Positions 28,630 through 42,191 of a stretch of 64,000 nt of DNA are shown here, piece after piece. The first letter of the stretch is position 1; every line of letters begins with the position of its first letter. The notes beneath the pieces are model-generated. The model did not search any database, was not told the origin of the DNA, and saw only the letters and a program-made list of their open reading frames with translations. The stretch comes from Chrysomallon squamiferum (lineage: Eukaryota > Animalia > Mollusca). A program made the position numbers and the translations under genes. The stretch is taken from positions 38,936,001 to 39,000,000 of the forward strand of contig CM022670.1 in the NCBI GenBank assembly GCA_012295275.1, in the 5' to 3' direction.

Positions 28630-30616
28630 TATTAATCTAGTTTCAATTAGCTCTTTTCTCAGTCTTACAATTTGTTTTGTTCTCTTGTTTTAGAATTTCA
28701 TGTGAAAAAAAAGTTTTTGTTCTATTTTGTATAATGACATTTCAACTCATTCTTAATTAATGGCTTTTTGGGATGAGTATTAGGTACGGTGTGTCAGATA
28801 CAACTATTTTAGTAATGAAAAAGACCGAGAGAAAAAACGAATTCGAACCGTCTCCATAATATAATTACTTGGGTATTTTTAGTTATGTGTTTTATTAATT
28901 AATGTTGCAGCTGTTATTATCATGTAATATTCATACTTATATCCTATAAGAGTTTCTCCATCTAACGATTTTTTTTATTATTATTTAAAAAAAAAATAAA
29001 TTAAGAAATTCATTTCGTGCTGAAATTTTATCCAAAACGGTGATGATTTCCCCTTCTTTGAAATCCTGGGTTTGGCCCTGAATTTTTATTTTTTAAACAG
29101 AGATGGTAATATTTACATTCTCTAATTATATTAAATTAGTTACTTGTCAAATTGATTCACCACACCTTCAAGTCTGAAAAAATATTGTACAACAATATAA
29201 TAAATGACCTTTATTTGCATTGCCTTTTATCCAAAAAAATGCATGATATAATAATAAAAAGCAAACAAGAAAAAAAAAAAAAAATACACCTTTATGAGTA
29301 GAATTACAATTATGTTCACGGATCGAATGAAATCATAAAATTAAATAATTCAATTTTTTTTTGTTACGGTTGTTTCCGTAATTATATTTCTGCCTAGCGA
29401 ATAGCATTTGTTCTTGCTCTCGAGGGAGATAACTCGTTTATCTTAAACAACTGGGACGGTTTTGATAAAAATAGATGAAAATTTAATAACATTAGGGCCA
29501 TTTCATTGATTGATTTGTTGATTATTTACGTGTTTGTTTTGTAATGCTTGCTATTCATTTTATTTTCGTTTGCTGTTTTATAATTTTTTTTTTTTTTTTT
29601 TTTTCGTTCTCCGTACTTTTTTGTTTTCTGGTTAAAATTAAAACGAAAGAACAAGCTCAGATATAAAGGATAAAAAAAAATACTGGTAAAAATACACATT
29701 TCGCATGAACATGCATAACTCCACGTGAAAGTTTCGTCTTTCTTCGTTGAATATTAACTTTCCATTCTTGGAATATTAATAATTTATTCGAATTTAATAC
29801 ACATGAATACATTTAAGTAACAGGCCATGGAAATATCCTTTGTCGGTCGTTTTTAACCGTAACAGATATCATTTATAATCAGATTCTCGTAAATGTGACT
29901 CCATTAAAATAATATTCACTTTTTTAAATTTAATATGATTTATTATTATAATTTTTAAGTCTTTGTTTCTGGAAGATTTCACATACATGATAAGGCGCTC
30001 CTGACAAGTACTTGTGTTGTTGGATAAATAATGAGAAAATTAAGACAATTAGTTCTGAAATGTTAATTTTTTTATAAAGGGAGATAATAGAGTAGCATAC
30101 TATTTTTCCAAGAGTTATGAGCCTTGCATTACCATTATAACCAATAACTATTTCAAAATCAGATTTAGGATAAGCTATTTCTTTTTTCTTCTTCTTCTTC
30201 TGTGTTTTTTTCTTTTCTTTTTGACATAATCTTTTAACATTTTTTTTTTTTATTATTGCTGTGACCGCTTTTAGGACTACAAAGTAAGGTTTGCTCTGCC
30301 ATTTGCACATAACCAAAAAATATCTTGAGAAAATATTAACAACAACAACAACAATAATAATAACAGAAAAATATTTTGTCCTCAGTTACAGCGTGATAGA
30401 AATAAGTAACACCATTCAAGTAGCCGTTAATAATATTAGAATTAGAATCTAATTTAGATTATTAACCTGTGGACGTATGCTGCAGTAATACTTAAGAAAA
30501 TTACGCCGACAGTGTATAGCACACATAAATAAATACATAGGTACATCAAGAATTACAAATATCTTCTTTTATATTTTATATAATTTTTTGTTTTGATATC
30601 GGTATATGTATCTCTG

Positions 30617-30619
<3 letters not shown>

Positions 30620-30698
<79 letters not shown>
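30620..30698. repeat. (GA)n microsatellite
   Basis: Seen directly. Confidence 0.95.
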
Positions 30699-30702
<4 letters not shown>

Positions 30703-31126
30703 CAAGTATTTAGCAAGTTTTGTCGTTTTTACAACTTCAGATATTTTATCTATTTTAAGAAAAATGACGTGCTGTTTCTCCTGCTTATATAATATTACTT
30801 TATATCTAAACGCAGGTTTTAATAACTTAATAAAAGTATGGAATTCACTTCTACGTATTAATCATTTATTATTACATGATAATTTTCAACTAAGTTAGTC
30901 AAAAGATGAAAAAAAAATGAATTGTAATCGTTTATAATTACATGATAATTTTCATTTAAGTTATTTAACCAAAAGACGAACAAAAATAAATGTAATCTTT
31001 AAACAGGTTGTTACATCGAAGTTCGGTCAGTGACTTACTGTTTTGGCATTATTCCACGGTTTCCTAGTAGAGTTCCTGGAGTAATAACATGATTACTGTT
31101 TGTGTTAATTTGTTATTTCAACAGAC

Positions 31127-31157
<31 letters not shown>

Positions 31158-32919
31158 AGGGGTAAGGTTATTTGGTGTAAAAAAAATATATATATATCAT
31201 ACTGTCGGGAAGTATATAGATTCAAATGTGAATCATGATTATTTACCGAGATGACATTCATAGAAGCAAATGGTTAAAGAAATGTCTGATCACTTTAACA
31301 TTCACGTGTGTAGCAGCTTTAGCATTCTGTGACGAAGCGGGCTAATTTGTACAGCCAAACGACAGAAATTAAAAAGAAAAGTGCAATGACTCTGATCATG
31401 ATTATGTATGAATTTGTCTATAGTGTGCCAGTTCGTGGTTGTTTGTTTGTTTGTTTTGTTTTTTGCCAAAAGGTGTGTGTGTGTGTGTGTGTGTGTGCGT
31501 GCATGCGTGCGTGCGTGTGCGTAAGAGGTAGGGACAGAAAATGAATGATCTCTTCTTCATAAAATCTGTATATAGCCAATTTAAAATATCTAAATAAATA
31601 AATAAATAAATAAAAATAAAATAAAATCATTCTTAGGTTACATTTTTTTTCAACGATTGCATACATATGCGCCGCATTCATTGCATATTCAGCATAACAT
31701 TACAAACTAATAAATAAATAAATAAATACAAAATACATAAACAATACAAACAAACAAACAAACAAACAAACAAATTACAAATTCCGTCAAATTTATTTCT
31801 TTGTTCTTCTTTACGATTCTTCCACCTTTAACTCCACGACCGCTGAAATTTAGACATCAAACTCGTTTATTATTTTTTTTCTGCACCAATAACATTGGTA
31901 TTTTCAATTAACGTTTGTAAATAATTACAACCAAGGTCAGCCTTAGTTCTACAACAACACGTGTTTAGAAGCTATGTCCTGAAAAAAAAAAAAAAAAAAA
32001 AAAATAGGGTTAGTGCCAATTAGTGCAGATTTTAATGTTATTTATGATCAGCGCGGAAATGTGTACCCTCACAGGTACACGTGTTCCGTATACCGCACCG
32101 AGCTACGCAGTGACCTCCCTTGTTTTCTACATCAGTACGTTAAATAACATACCGACTGTAAAGACGACGGCAACAACACCAACACTGTTAATAACATAAA
32201 CGATAATAAAAACAACAACAGCATCACCACCATAATAATATCACTACCATCACCAGCAACAATAATAATAGCAGTCGTTGTAGTTGTAGTAGTAATGATG
32301 ATGGTGGTGGCTGATAGTGGTTCATAGTAGTAGTAGAAATAGTGGTAATGGTGGCGGTCGTCGTGGTGGTGCTGAAGGTGGTAGTAGTAGTAGTTATTGT
32401 AGTAGAGATTCTATAAATAATTTAATTAATAAGTGTATATGTATAGTGGTTAAAATCTATTACAGCCTTCCAATGATTATTTTGTTTGTTTGGTTATGAA
32501 TATCATAGTTTGCCAATAATAAAGTTTTATAATATAATAGGTTTACTGCTCTCGTTATCCTTCCATTTTTGTGAATTCCTCAAGGTCTGAATAAAAAATA
32601 AGATAAAAAATTAAGAATTACAAAAATCTTTGTGTGTCGCATCTTCGTTTTCAAACTTGTTAAATATCTGATTTATTTTCTCTTCAGGCACTGATGGGCT
32701 GCAGGTACCCTGATTTAAGACATCAGCAAACAACTAATATTTGTTTTTGGTGTTTATTATTCATTTGGCACTTGTGGAATAATCGATGATATCGCAACGA
32801 TTATACACTGGTGCCAAATAACAGGTAACGCCATAATCGTCACAGAAACTAGTAGATGATAGACGTTAAATTTACAGACAAATGAAGCAGCTACGAATTA
32901 TTATTATTATTATTATTAC

Positions 32920-32968
<49 letters not shown>

Positions 32969-34245
32969 TCATCATTTACTTTTATTATTTATATTGTTGT
33001 TGTCGTCGTTGTTATTATTTGTTGGTGCTGGTGTATTTTGAACGAACATTCAAAAACATATTCGCGATTTCCTTGCTTTGCTTTAATGACAACATTTCAG
33101 CTTTCTTTTTTAATTTAATCGTGTTTGTATTTGTTATTGTTGAAAAGGCGTATTTTCAGGGTAGGATTAATTTAGTGATCGGGAACTGTAGCATAGCAGC
33201 ATAAATTCAGAACCCCCCCCCCCCAAAAAAATCCATTGTGCTGAACTGATTTGTTTGTCTGTGATGAATTGAAATCGATATATCATTTTAAAAATACATA
33301 AATAAAATTAAAAAATTATAACGACAACAATAATGATAAATAAACACCATTCCAAGAAGAATTATTTTACTAAATTCTTCCAAAGATTTAAGGGTCTCAA
33401 CATCCTTTATGGTCACTGCAACATACATATATTAAATCATAAATTATTTACTTGCAAAATAAGGTAATTCAATATATTTCCTTTGCACAAAGACAGGTAC
33501 TACGACAAATATATCAGACGTTACAAGATTAAGAGATTCAATTACTTAATGCGGGCGTTTCAAAAATGCAAGGCCCAAGCATTTGCTACTACGATAATCG
33601 GTATTGATCGTTTTAACACTTCAAAAGCAGACTATCTTCGTCTGATGACACGTTAAAATGGTACAATTAATGATTAATGTGCTAGTTTCTGTTAAAAGTT
33701 TTGCTACTCACAAACACATGCACAGATTCGCCATATTAGCGTTTCATTACCGCTTGAATGTTTTAAAACACGTGACAGAAATAAAAAATAAAAATGAAAA
33801 CAAGCAAAATTGCATCATCCACATAAACCAGACAAACGCATCTTCCAAATATATCCAGAGCTGCTCCTTTGAGATAAATATACCTACTTTTCATCGGTAT
33901 ATTATTATTCTAATTTTTTTCAAAGCATCATTTTCGCCAGTATATTATTTACCTTTTTTGAAAAACATCTATTGCTTATTTAAAGAAGGGCATAGTGTTA
34001 GATAAAACAGGAAATGCCAACCGTGTACTCTCTCAGTACATATGTTATAAGTAAGAGAAGGTAGAAGAACTGTGTTGTATTTACAGTAGGTATTATGTTG
34101 TCTGTGTTTTATATATATAGAGAGAGATCTGACTCTTCACATATAACACGACTAAGGAATGCTGTACATCCAGAAGCATTTTTTTAGTCCAAGTTAAAAG
34201 TGAATAGTTCAAATACTTTAAGCATGTCTTAGAGTAACAGTGATA

Positions 34246-34248
34246 AAA

Positions 34249-34299
<51 letters not shown>

Positions 34300-34398
34300 A
34301 TAGTAAATTAATTAATTAGTTAATTAAACTTACTAAATACAAATAAATAAGCATTAATTATGTTAATAACTAAATGAGTAAATAATTAAATATGTCTT

Positions 34399-34469
<71 letters not shown>

Positions 34470-34550
34470 CTCTATCTCTGTCTGTCTGTCTATCAGTCTA
34501 TCTAGTTATATATCTGTATGTCTCTCTGTTTGTCTGTCTGTCTGTCTGTC
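34246..34550. repeat. (AAAT)n, (TATC)n and (TGTC)n tetranucleotide repeats
   Basis: Seen directly. Confidence 0.9.
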
Positions 34551-35882
34551 TTTAATTTTCTTAAATTATTAACATTGTAACAAAATTAATCATATTCTAT
34601 AAGACAGCTGTTGCAGGCAACATACGTAATTCCTTCTGTTAACTGCAATTAAATCAGAGTACTATAACGTCGATACTGGTACTGATATAAAAAGTACTAT
34701 AATGTCGACTCTGGTACCGATATAAGTATATATTTTTTTTAAAAGAGTTAAAACTCGGTTATAAATGCAGCTGTTGCTAGATTTCCAGTGCATGACACTG
34801 AGCGTTCAGGTGTTAGAATTTCAGTCGGATGTTTTTATTAAATATTTTAAAATATCACACATACTTGTCAGTGACTGTGAAAAAGGTCAATGATGACAAT
34901 GCTGTAACGTTAGCAGGTGGGCAACAATAATTTTTTTTTTTTTTTTAATTAAGTCAGGCGATTATTGTTTTGTTGTTGTTGTTGCTGCTTTATTGCTGTT
35001 GTTGCAGTTAGTATTATTGTAAGGAAGGTGGACGTCTTCATTGTGGGTTTGTTTCAAAATGAATTGTAATGATCGACCAGACAAATTTAAAGATGGCTCA
35101 CTTGTATTTAAATGTATTTATTGTAGTAGTAGTAATAGTAGTAGTAGTAGCAGTAGTAATTTTATTGAATGCTGTATTTGTAGTATTAGCAGAAGAAAAT
35201 AGAACGAACTCGTGGGTTACAGTGGCAGCAGTAGTAGTGATAGTAAAATATAAAGTAGATGTGGAGTTTGTCACTTTTGTTACAGTTAAATTCTAACTAA
35301 AGTATTAAAACAAAGGAAAACGTTGTGATAAAGTAGTAGTTACAATGAAAAGAAAATCCGCAAAAAGTTTTGGCAGTTTTAATAATAGTTAAAATTATTT
35401 TAGTACAAACAGCAAAACAAATTTCTGACCTTACTGGCAAACATTAAAAAAAAAAATAAAAAAAAAAAAAAAAAAAAAAATTATATATAGACCTATATAA
35501 TAAAAAGTTAAAAAAAAACACCTTAGTTTACACTAAGCCTACTACGCGAGTGAAATATGCGTTCATGAATGGAAAACGCCGATAAAGAAATGCCGTTCAC
35601 ATGTGAATGTGGTAGGTCAAATAGATTCAACAAGGACGTAACCTCCGGCTATTAATTTTCACATCAAGAAAGCATTCTAGTCCGGGTAAAACAGCGGTCA
35701 GGTTCGTAGCGCTTTTTATCAGTAATTAGAAACGACAGGCATTTCTAGCTTGAAATGTGTCTGAATGAAAACAAAAAACACTGACACCATGTAAATAAAC
35801 ATAGCTGAGTAAAATTTTCATTGACATCCCACCCCTTAATTATGAATATGTTGTTATTTTAATTAGTGTTGTTGTGTTGTTG

Positions 35883-35919
<37 letters not shown>

Positions 35920-35936
35920 CATACATACACACATAC

Positions 35937-36007
<71 letters not shown>

Positions 36008-36644
36008 TTTATTTTTATTTATTTTTATTTTTATTTTTTTGCCAAAGGGTTAGTCGGTGTAAAATGACCGACTTTAATTCTCACTGGATTTCAGTATGAA
36101 GGTTCCTCGGTGCAGATGAATGTTCAGTTTTGTAAAATCTAGATGATTTCCCATTGTTGTTATATTATTAATTCTTCATTATCCTTTCTTTCCTTTGTCT
36201 TTTTTTTTTTTTTTTCATCTTCTATATTTCTCTTCTTCTGATTAAATATTCGAAAATAGTCTTACTTTAATCCAACATCCAAATCGGCTGCTCTTTTAAG
36301 TTATTAACACTGTTCAACAGATCTTTCTATTTCTTATCAGCTCTACATGTCATCTGCATATCAGTTGTTGAATAAATAAATAAATATATATATATATACA
36401 TCCACACACACACACATAATAATAATAAAAGAAGTCAGAATTATAAATAATTCTTATTTTGCTGGACCCTCAATGGAGATGGTGCAGTTAAACTGGGCCA
36501 ATTTAAAAGGGGATTATTTCATTTTAAGAAGAAACTATGTTTGGTTTTCCTTTTAAAAATATTTCTTCGTTTTTATTGTACAATAAATTATACCTTGGGT
36601 ACGAACTTCTATATCAGTTTCTTTAAACTGAACTGTATCACATT

Positions 36645-36738
<94 letters not shown>

Positions 36739-38098
36739 CACACTATATTTCTGTCAGTCTGTTGTATGTCTCTCTTAAATGCATACATAAATCACATGTA
36801 GATATACATACACGTGCTATCACATTTTGAAAGAGAACGTCATGACAATACACTGAGTATAATCAGTAAGCCACAAACCTTAAGACTGAATTAATATTTA
36901 AAAGACTCGGGTAATATATTTAAACTATCAAAATCACTGTAGTATCCAGTTGCATCATTTTGCAAAAGAAAAGAAGGAAAACTGCTTTGTCTATGTCATT
37001 AAGAAACAGAATATCGCTGTTAATTTTCTGTGCAATTTTCGCCAGTTCTATCAATATAAGAATGACAACAAACAAAACTAATGTATGTTATTGCTTTATT
37101 ATTATACTTTTTTTTATATATATATGCGATATAATAAGACAAACACCCGTAAACGACTTGACCCAACACACAGACAAGAGAATAACAGGATTTAAATGTT
37201 TAATTTCTGTTTTAAAATGATCGAGAAATCAAGATCTGGAACTGGTAATTGAAGAAGATATTAAACAACAATGAAAGAAAAAAATGAATCAATTTTCTCT
37301 CGTTGATAATTTAAACAAGAAAAAAAGAAAGAGAATTTCTTCGTTTGTTGATAAACGGAATAACATTTTAAGTTCCAGCGTTTAGATTTAATATTAGGTA
37401 AACGTAATGAGAAATATTATTTTGGCTGATTAAAAATAAAACATATTCTGTATATGTTTGTTTGAAAATATGGATTAATAAGAGAGAGAGAAGACTATGG
37501 AAGTACTTTCAGGTATAAAAATAAGTTCGGATAATTTTAAATTTAAGTATTTCTACAAAATATTGTTAACATAAGTATATTTCCAATTCTGGATAATAAG
37601 AAAATATAATGATTTTATCTATAAACAAAAATATCGTTAAGAAAATATATAGTTTAACGCTTAATGCCCCCAAAACAACTATTATAAATTAAGTTTAATT
37701 TCATAATGTACCGAATACTTTGAGTTTATTATAATTATATGTACGTGTGTGTGTGCATCTGAAACTATAAAACCCTTCATAGTTCTAAAAGTAGATAAAG
37801 TTTTAAAGAATTCTGAAAATATACTAGAAATATATAAAAATGATACTACATATTTCTGAAAAAAAAAAAAAAAAAAAAAATTAGATTAATTTAGTTTTTT
37901 ATTTCCTAAAAAAAAAAAATAATAATAATAATAATAATAATATCCAAACAAAACAAACAAACAGCAAACACAGATTAACAATGGAATCTATAATTGTTGA
38001 ATGTTATTTTGTTTTAACAAAAAACGTTGACTGATATGTACAAAAGTATAACATTTTTGTAACAATTTTATATAATTATACAGGTTTAAATAACTCTA

Positions 38099-38706
38099 CA
38101 GTGGTACCTCGAGTTACGAGTGCTCCAACTTACGTGATTTTTGAGTTACGTGCAGACGGTCAAGTTTTTGCTTTGAGCTGCGAGCCAAAATCCGAGTTAC
38201 GAGCGAGCTTCAGAAACGCCGCCGCTAGTTGGCGCAATGAATAATACCATCCCACAGCATCTCTGTTGTTTTGTGCTCGCATTTTGTGCAGTATTTTGCC
38301 AAATTTCCATGGATTCTAAAATCGTAGAAAAACATGGCTAGGATGTACGAGCATAGTACTTTTACGATATGTACCATACTGAAGAAGAAAGAGTCGATAA
38401 AGGCGTTAAAATAATTTCTAAGCTGCGGACTTCTGTCAATGAAAAGAAGGAGAAACCCTAACCCTGTACAAAACCAATTTATTTCTTTACATTTTCTTTT
38501 ATTTTGTTTTTATGCATTTTGTCATTTATACATACATTTTTCTTATTTAAAAACACGGCAGAAGATACTGGGGTGGTTTTGGGGGGCTGAACGGATTAAT
38601 GGTATTTCAATTAATTTCATTATGGAAAATTGATTTGATACATGAGCAAATAGGGTTACGAGCTCGGTCACGATACGAATTAAACTCGTAAGTCAAGGTA
38701 CCGCTG
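38099..38706 (+). mobile_element. Non-autonomous Tigger/pogo (Tc1-mariner superfamily) deletion derivative
   Basis: TIRs CAGTGGTACCTCGAGTTACGAG and (reverse complement) CAGCGGTACCTTGACTTACGAG, flanked by TA target-site duplications; internal broken remnant of the transposase N-terminal HTH (ARMYEHSTFTICTILKKKESIK / GVKIISKLRTSVNE) at about 38308-38455. Confidence 0.92.
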
Positions 38707-39359
38707 TAGTTCGTTTGTAAACAGTATTCTTAAAACTGTCCATCTGGCTTTTCGATTGCTGCAAAGGTTATGCTTCCTTGCGTCAAAACCCTACACATAT
38801 ACGTACAAAATTACTGTAATTAACTCGAATTCCGTAATTAAATAAGAATGAGATGAATATTTTGACTAATGAGAGTTTGTTTTCATGATAAACCTGAGAT
38901 AAATGATGTCGACTTCACCAAATGCTGCCAATTAATCTGAACAAATTTCTGCAAGTGTTGTCAGTCTCTTTTTGAAAACGTTGTAACCAAGAAACAAACA
39001 GGTGTAGTCTTTAACTTCCAAATGAAAACCTGAACTACGTCTAACCTTTCAGCTGTCCAGTGACCGTCTTGAAGCTTCTCAGATGAGTGTAGCTACTGTC
39101 CTTCCTTTTATATTATCTAATTACAGATACTTTCAGTGAATTTCTAACTCAGCCGTTACATGAACTCAAATATTCTTCATCTTATCCGGTAGCCTTTGAT
39201 TTGTGACTCGAGGCTGGGAATTGTTCGTTTGTCAACTGTTCTAGTCTTTCAAAACCTGATTCTTCAGCAATAATAAAAAGTTCATCATCGTCATCACGGA
39301 GAAGGAGATTCAGCTTCTTGTAATGAACATTTTTCATTTTTTAGCCTTGCACGATTCAG

Positions 39360-40009
39360 CTACCTGCAGTCACACTGTAACACTTTCATCTCTGGCAGTC
39401 GCTTTGACACCAGGTTGTACTCGCTGTTGTAATAGATGATGCTGATCGACGTAAGTCTGGACGGGGTGCACACAGGTAAACTGACCGAATTGACATTACT
39501 GAAGACACTGTGCAAGTGAAACTGGGCCTTAACGATCCCGTAGTTGGACGTTATGCTTTCCAGCGACGTCATGCATTCCCCGCTGCAGATGTTGGCGTTG
39601 TAGCCCGTGGGTTGCAGGATCCAGTACCACGACAGGCTCGTGAAGTTGATGTACCAGGGCCTCAAGCCGCAGATTGGCGAATCGGGCGACACGGTGGCCC
39701 CGAGGTTGAAAGTCTGGTTCTCCTCCATCAGCTGCAGGCTGCTGGAGAACGTGGAGCTGATGTCTCGTCTGCGTCGGGTTCGCGAGTGATGCAGGCTGCC
39801 AGGGTCGAGGTTCTCGTACACCACGACGATTGTTTCGTCCAGGACGAATATCTCGTTTAGAACGTTCTCGAAAACGTTGAGGAAGCGAGACGTGATCACC
39901 TTGAACCAGATCTCGCTGTCGTGTCGTCGTCTGGTAAGATACGATGTTGGGATATTAAACACGAGAAATCTTCTCGGTTCGTGATGGTCTGTAATTTTCT
40001 GAAGTCGAA
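39360..40009 (-). CDS. TGF-beta ligand A exon 3 (furin site and mature domain)
   Basis: 3' part of ORF 39360..40100, after the tttttgacag acceptor; ends CDCR*. Confidence 0.96.
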
Positions 40010-42147
40010 CTGTCAAAAAAATAAAAATAAAAAAATAAATAAATAATAAACAAAAAATAATAATAAAAAAATAAAGATCATTTATATTATGGTGGAACAA
40101 CGAAAAATCTTTTTTTTAATTTTTAATTTTATTTTTTGTATTGTAAGAAAAAAATAATCTGACGCTTATAATCGGCATTGTAAAAGGAAATCATCAACAA
40201 TTTAGTACCACCGCACCGCACTCACTTCGTTTTGATAAGAATAAAGTTTTGAAACTTAACCAGTGACTGAAATTGTATGATATTTAATGATTATAAATTA
40301 ATAAAACAGCCTATATTAGATGGGTATTTATTATTAACATATATAAACAGCAATGACTCAATACTTACAGTTTCGGTGAAAGGCTCGCGTGTGCTGTGGC
40401 ATCAGTCTGTAGTTTCTGACAGGAACCACCAGCTCTGCTGAAGTGATGTTACTCTCTTCGGGCAAACCACTTACGTTAAACATCATGTGTACTCTCACAT
40501 TGTGCCAAACACCATTAGGGACTGTCACAGTAAAAAAATATGCATATAACAGTAATGTTAAGTAATCTCTGTACCATTAAAACAACAATAACAAAAAGTA
40601 ATCTAAATGTCTTACAAAAATCTTTACTGTACGCTTTTCTTCATTACTGTTTTTCTTTTCTGTTTTTTTAACTATGTTTTTACTATTATTACTGTTGTTG
40701 TTAAAATTATTATTATTATTACTACTACTAGTACTACTACAATCACTACTATTACTAATTTTATTACTACTCTACTACTCCTAGTACTACAGTTACTGTT
40801 ACTATTTTTATTTATTTATTTGTTTATTTATTTAACACCGATACGAAAAATGAAACACGCTACAGCATTTTCACGTAAAGGCCTTTTTTTTGGCAAAAAC
40901 CTCGTAATTTCTTGACTGGGTTGGTTCTGTGGCACTGATTGTAACATGAAGAGGGTAATGACCGCATGAAACCTTCACTAGCGTACATCTAATATTCGTG
41001 ATTAAAAAATAATTTAATAAAAAAAAAAATGTGTTGACGTGATGTTAAACATGTTTTTAATTCAACAATATTGACATTTGTTGATAAACTTAGCGCTAAT
41101 TAATCTCACCTATTTTCATTGCTTCATGTTTAGAATAGTGATATATATACGCGTGTGTGTGTGTGTGTCTCTCTTTCTGTCTATCTATCTATCTATCTGT
41201 CTATCTGTCTATCTAGCTATCTGTCTATATAGTTCCATCTTAAAATTACTGGTCTGTGCCCTAAAAATAGGAAATTTATCTCGTCCTCTAGTCTGAAAAA
41301 CAAATAATTTGCATTTGTTTTTATTACTTATAATACTTTTATAAAATAAGGCAGGAATGACGTGTTTTTTGTTTAACGAAGCACTCGTCACATTTTTACC
41401 TACATTAATTTGACTTCAGACATAGAGAGAAGACATCCTTTCACGAGTTATTCTTTACAGATTAGGAGTAAGGAGCATTATATGTACACGGTCCCACGGA
41501 GAAATTTTACATACAACATTCTTTTGTTATACTAATTTTTAAGCACAGGCAATATTCATATAACTTAATGTGTCCACCAAGAAGGATCGAAGGGACAACC
41601 CACTACACCTTGTATTAAAGGAATTCAAATGTCAGAAGCCATTATTAAGAAAAATAATAAATCAAATTATATTAAATTTATTATAAGCATTCGTTTTGTA
41701 ACAGATTTCTAACGGGCTAAATTTTTTCAAGAGAAACATCTAACCGTTTATTGTCATTGTTGTTTGTGTTGTTATCATCATCATCATCATCTTGTTTGAA
41801 ATATTTCTGTGGAATTTTTAAAAATATCTTTGAAATATATGCCAAAAAGCTGTACCCTTTAAAAACATTTAATGTTATTGATAATCGACTAAAACCGAGA
41901 AAAACAGATCATTAACGATTCTGTCGAACCAGAGACAAACTTTAATTAGCACCGAGCAGCAGCGACTAAATCCGAAAGTTCACGACACCAGTCCCACAGT
42001 CGGTTCAAGAGTTTAATTGTTGATCGTGACCCATTGCACGATATTTAATAATTGTGATAATTATGTATGTCACGTGTGTAGATACCAGTTGTACCACACA
42101 ATGACGGCTTAATTGAAATAACGTTTCGCTTTCATTTGAAAACAATT

Positions 42148-42191
<44 letters not shown>

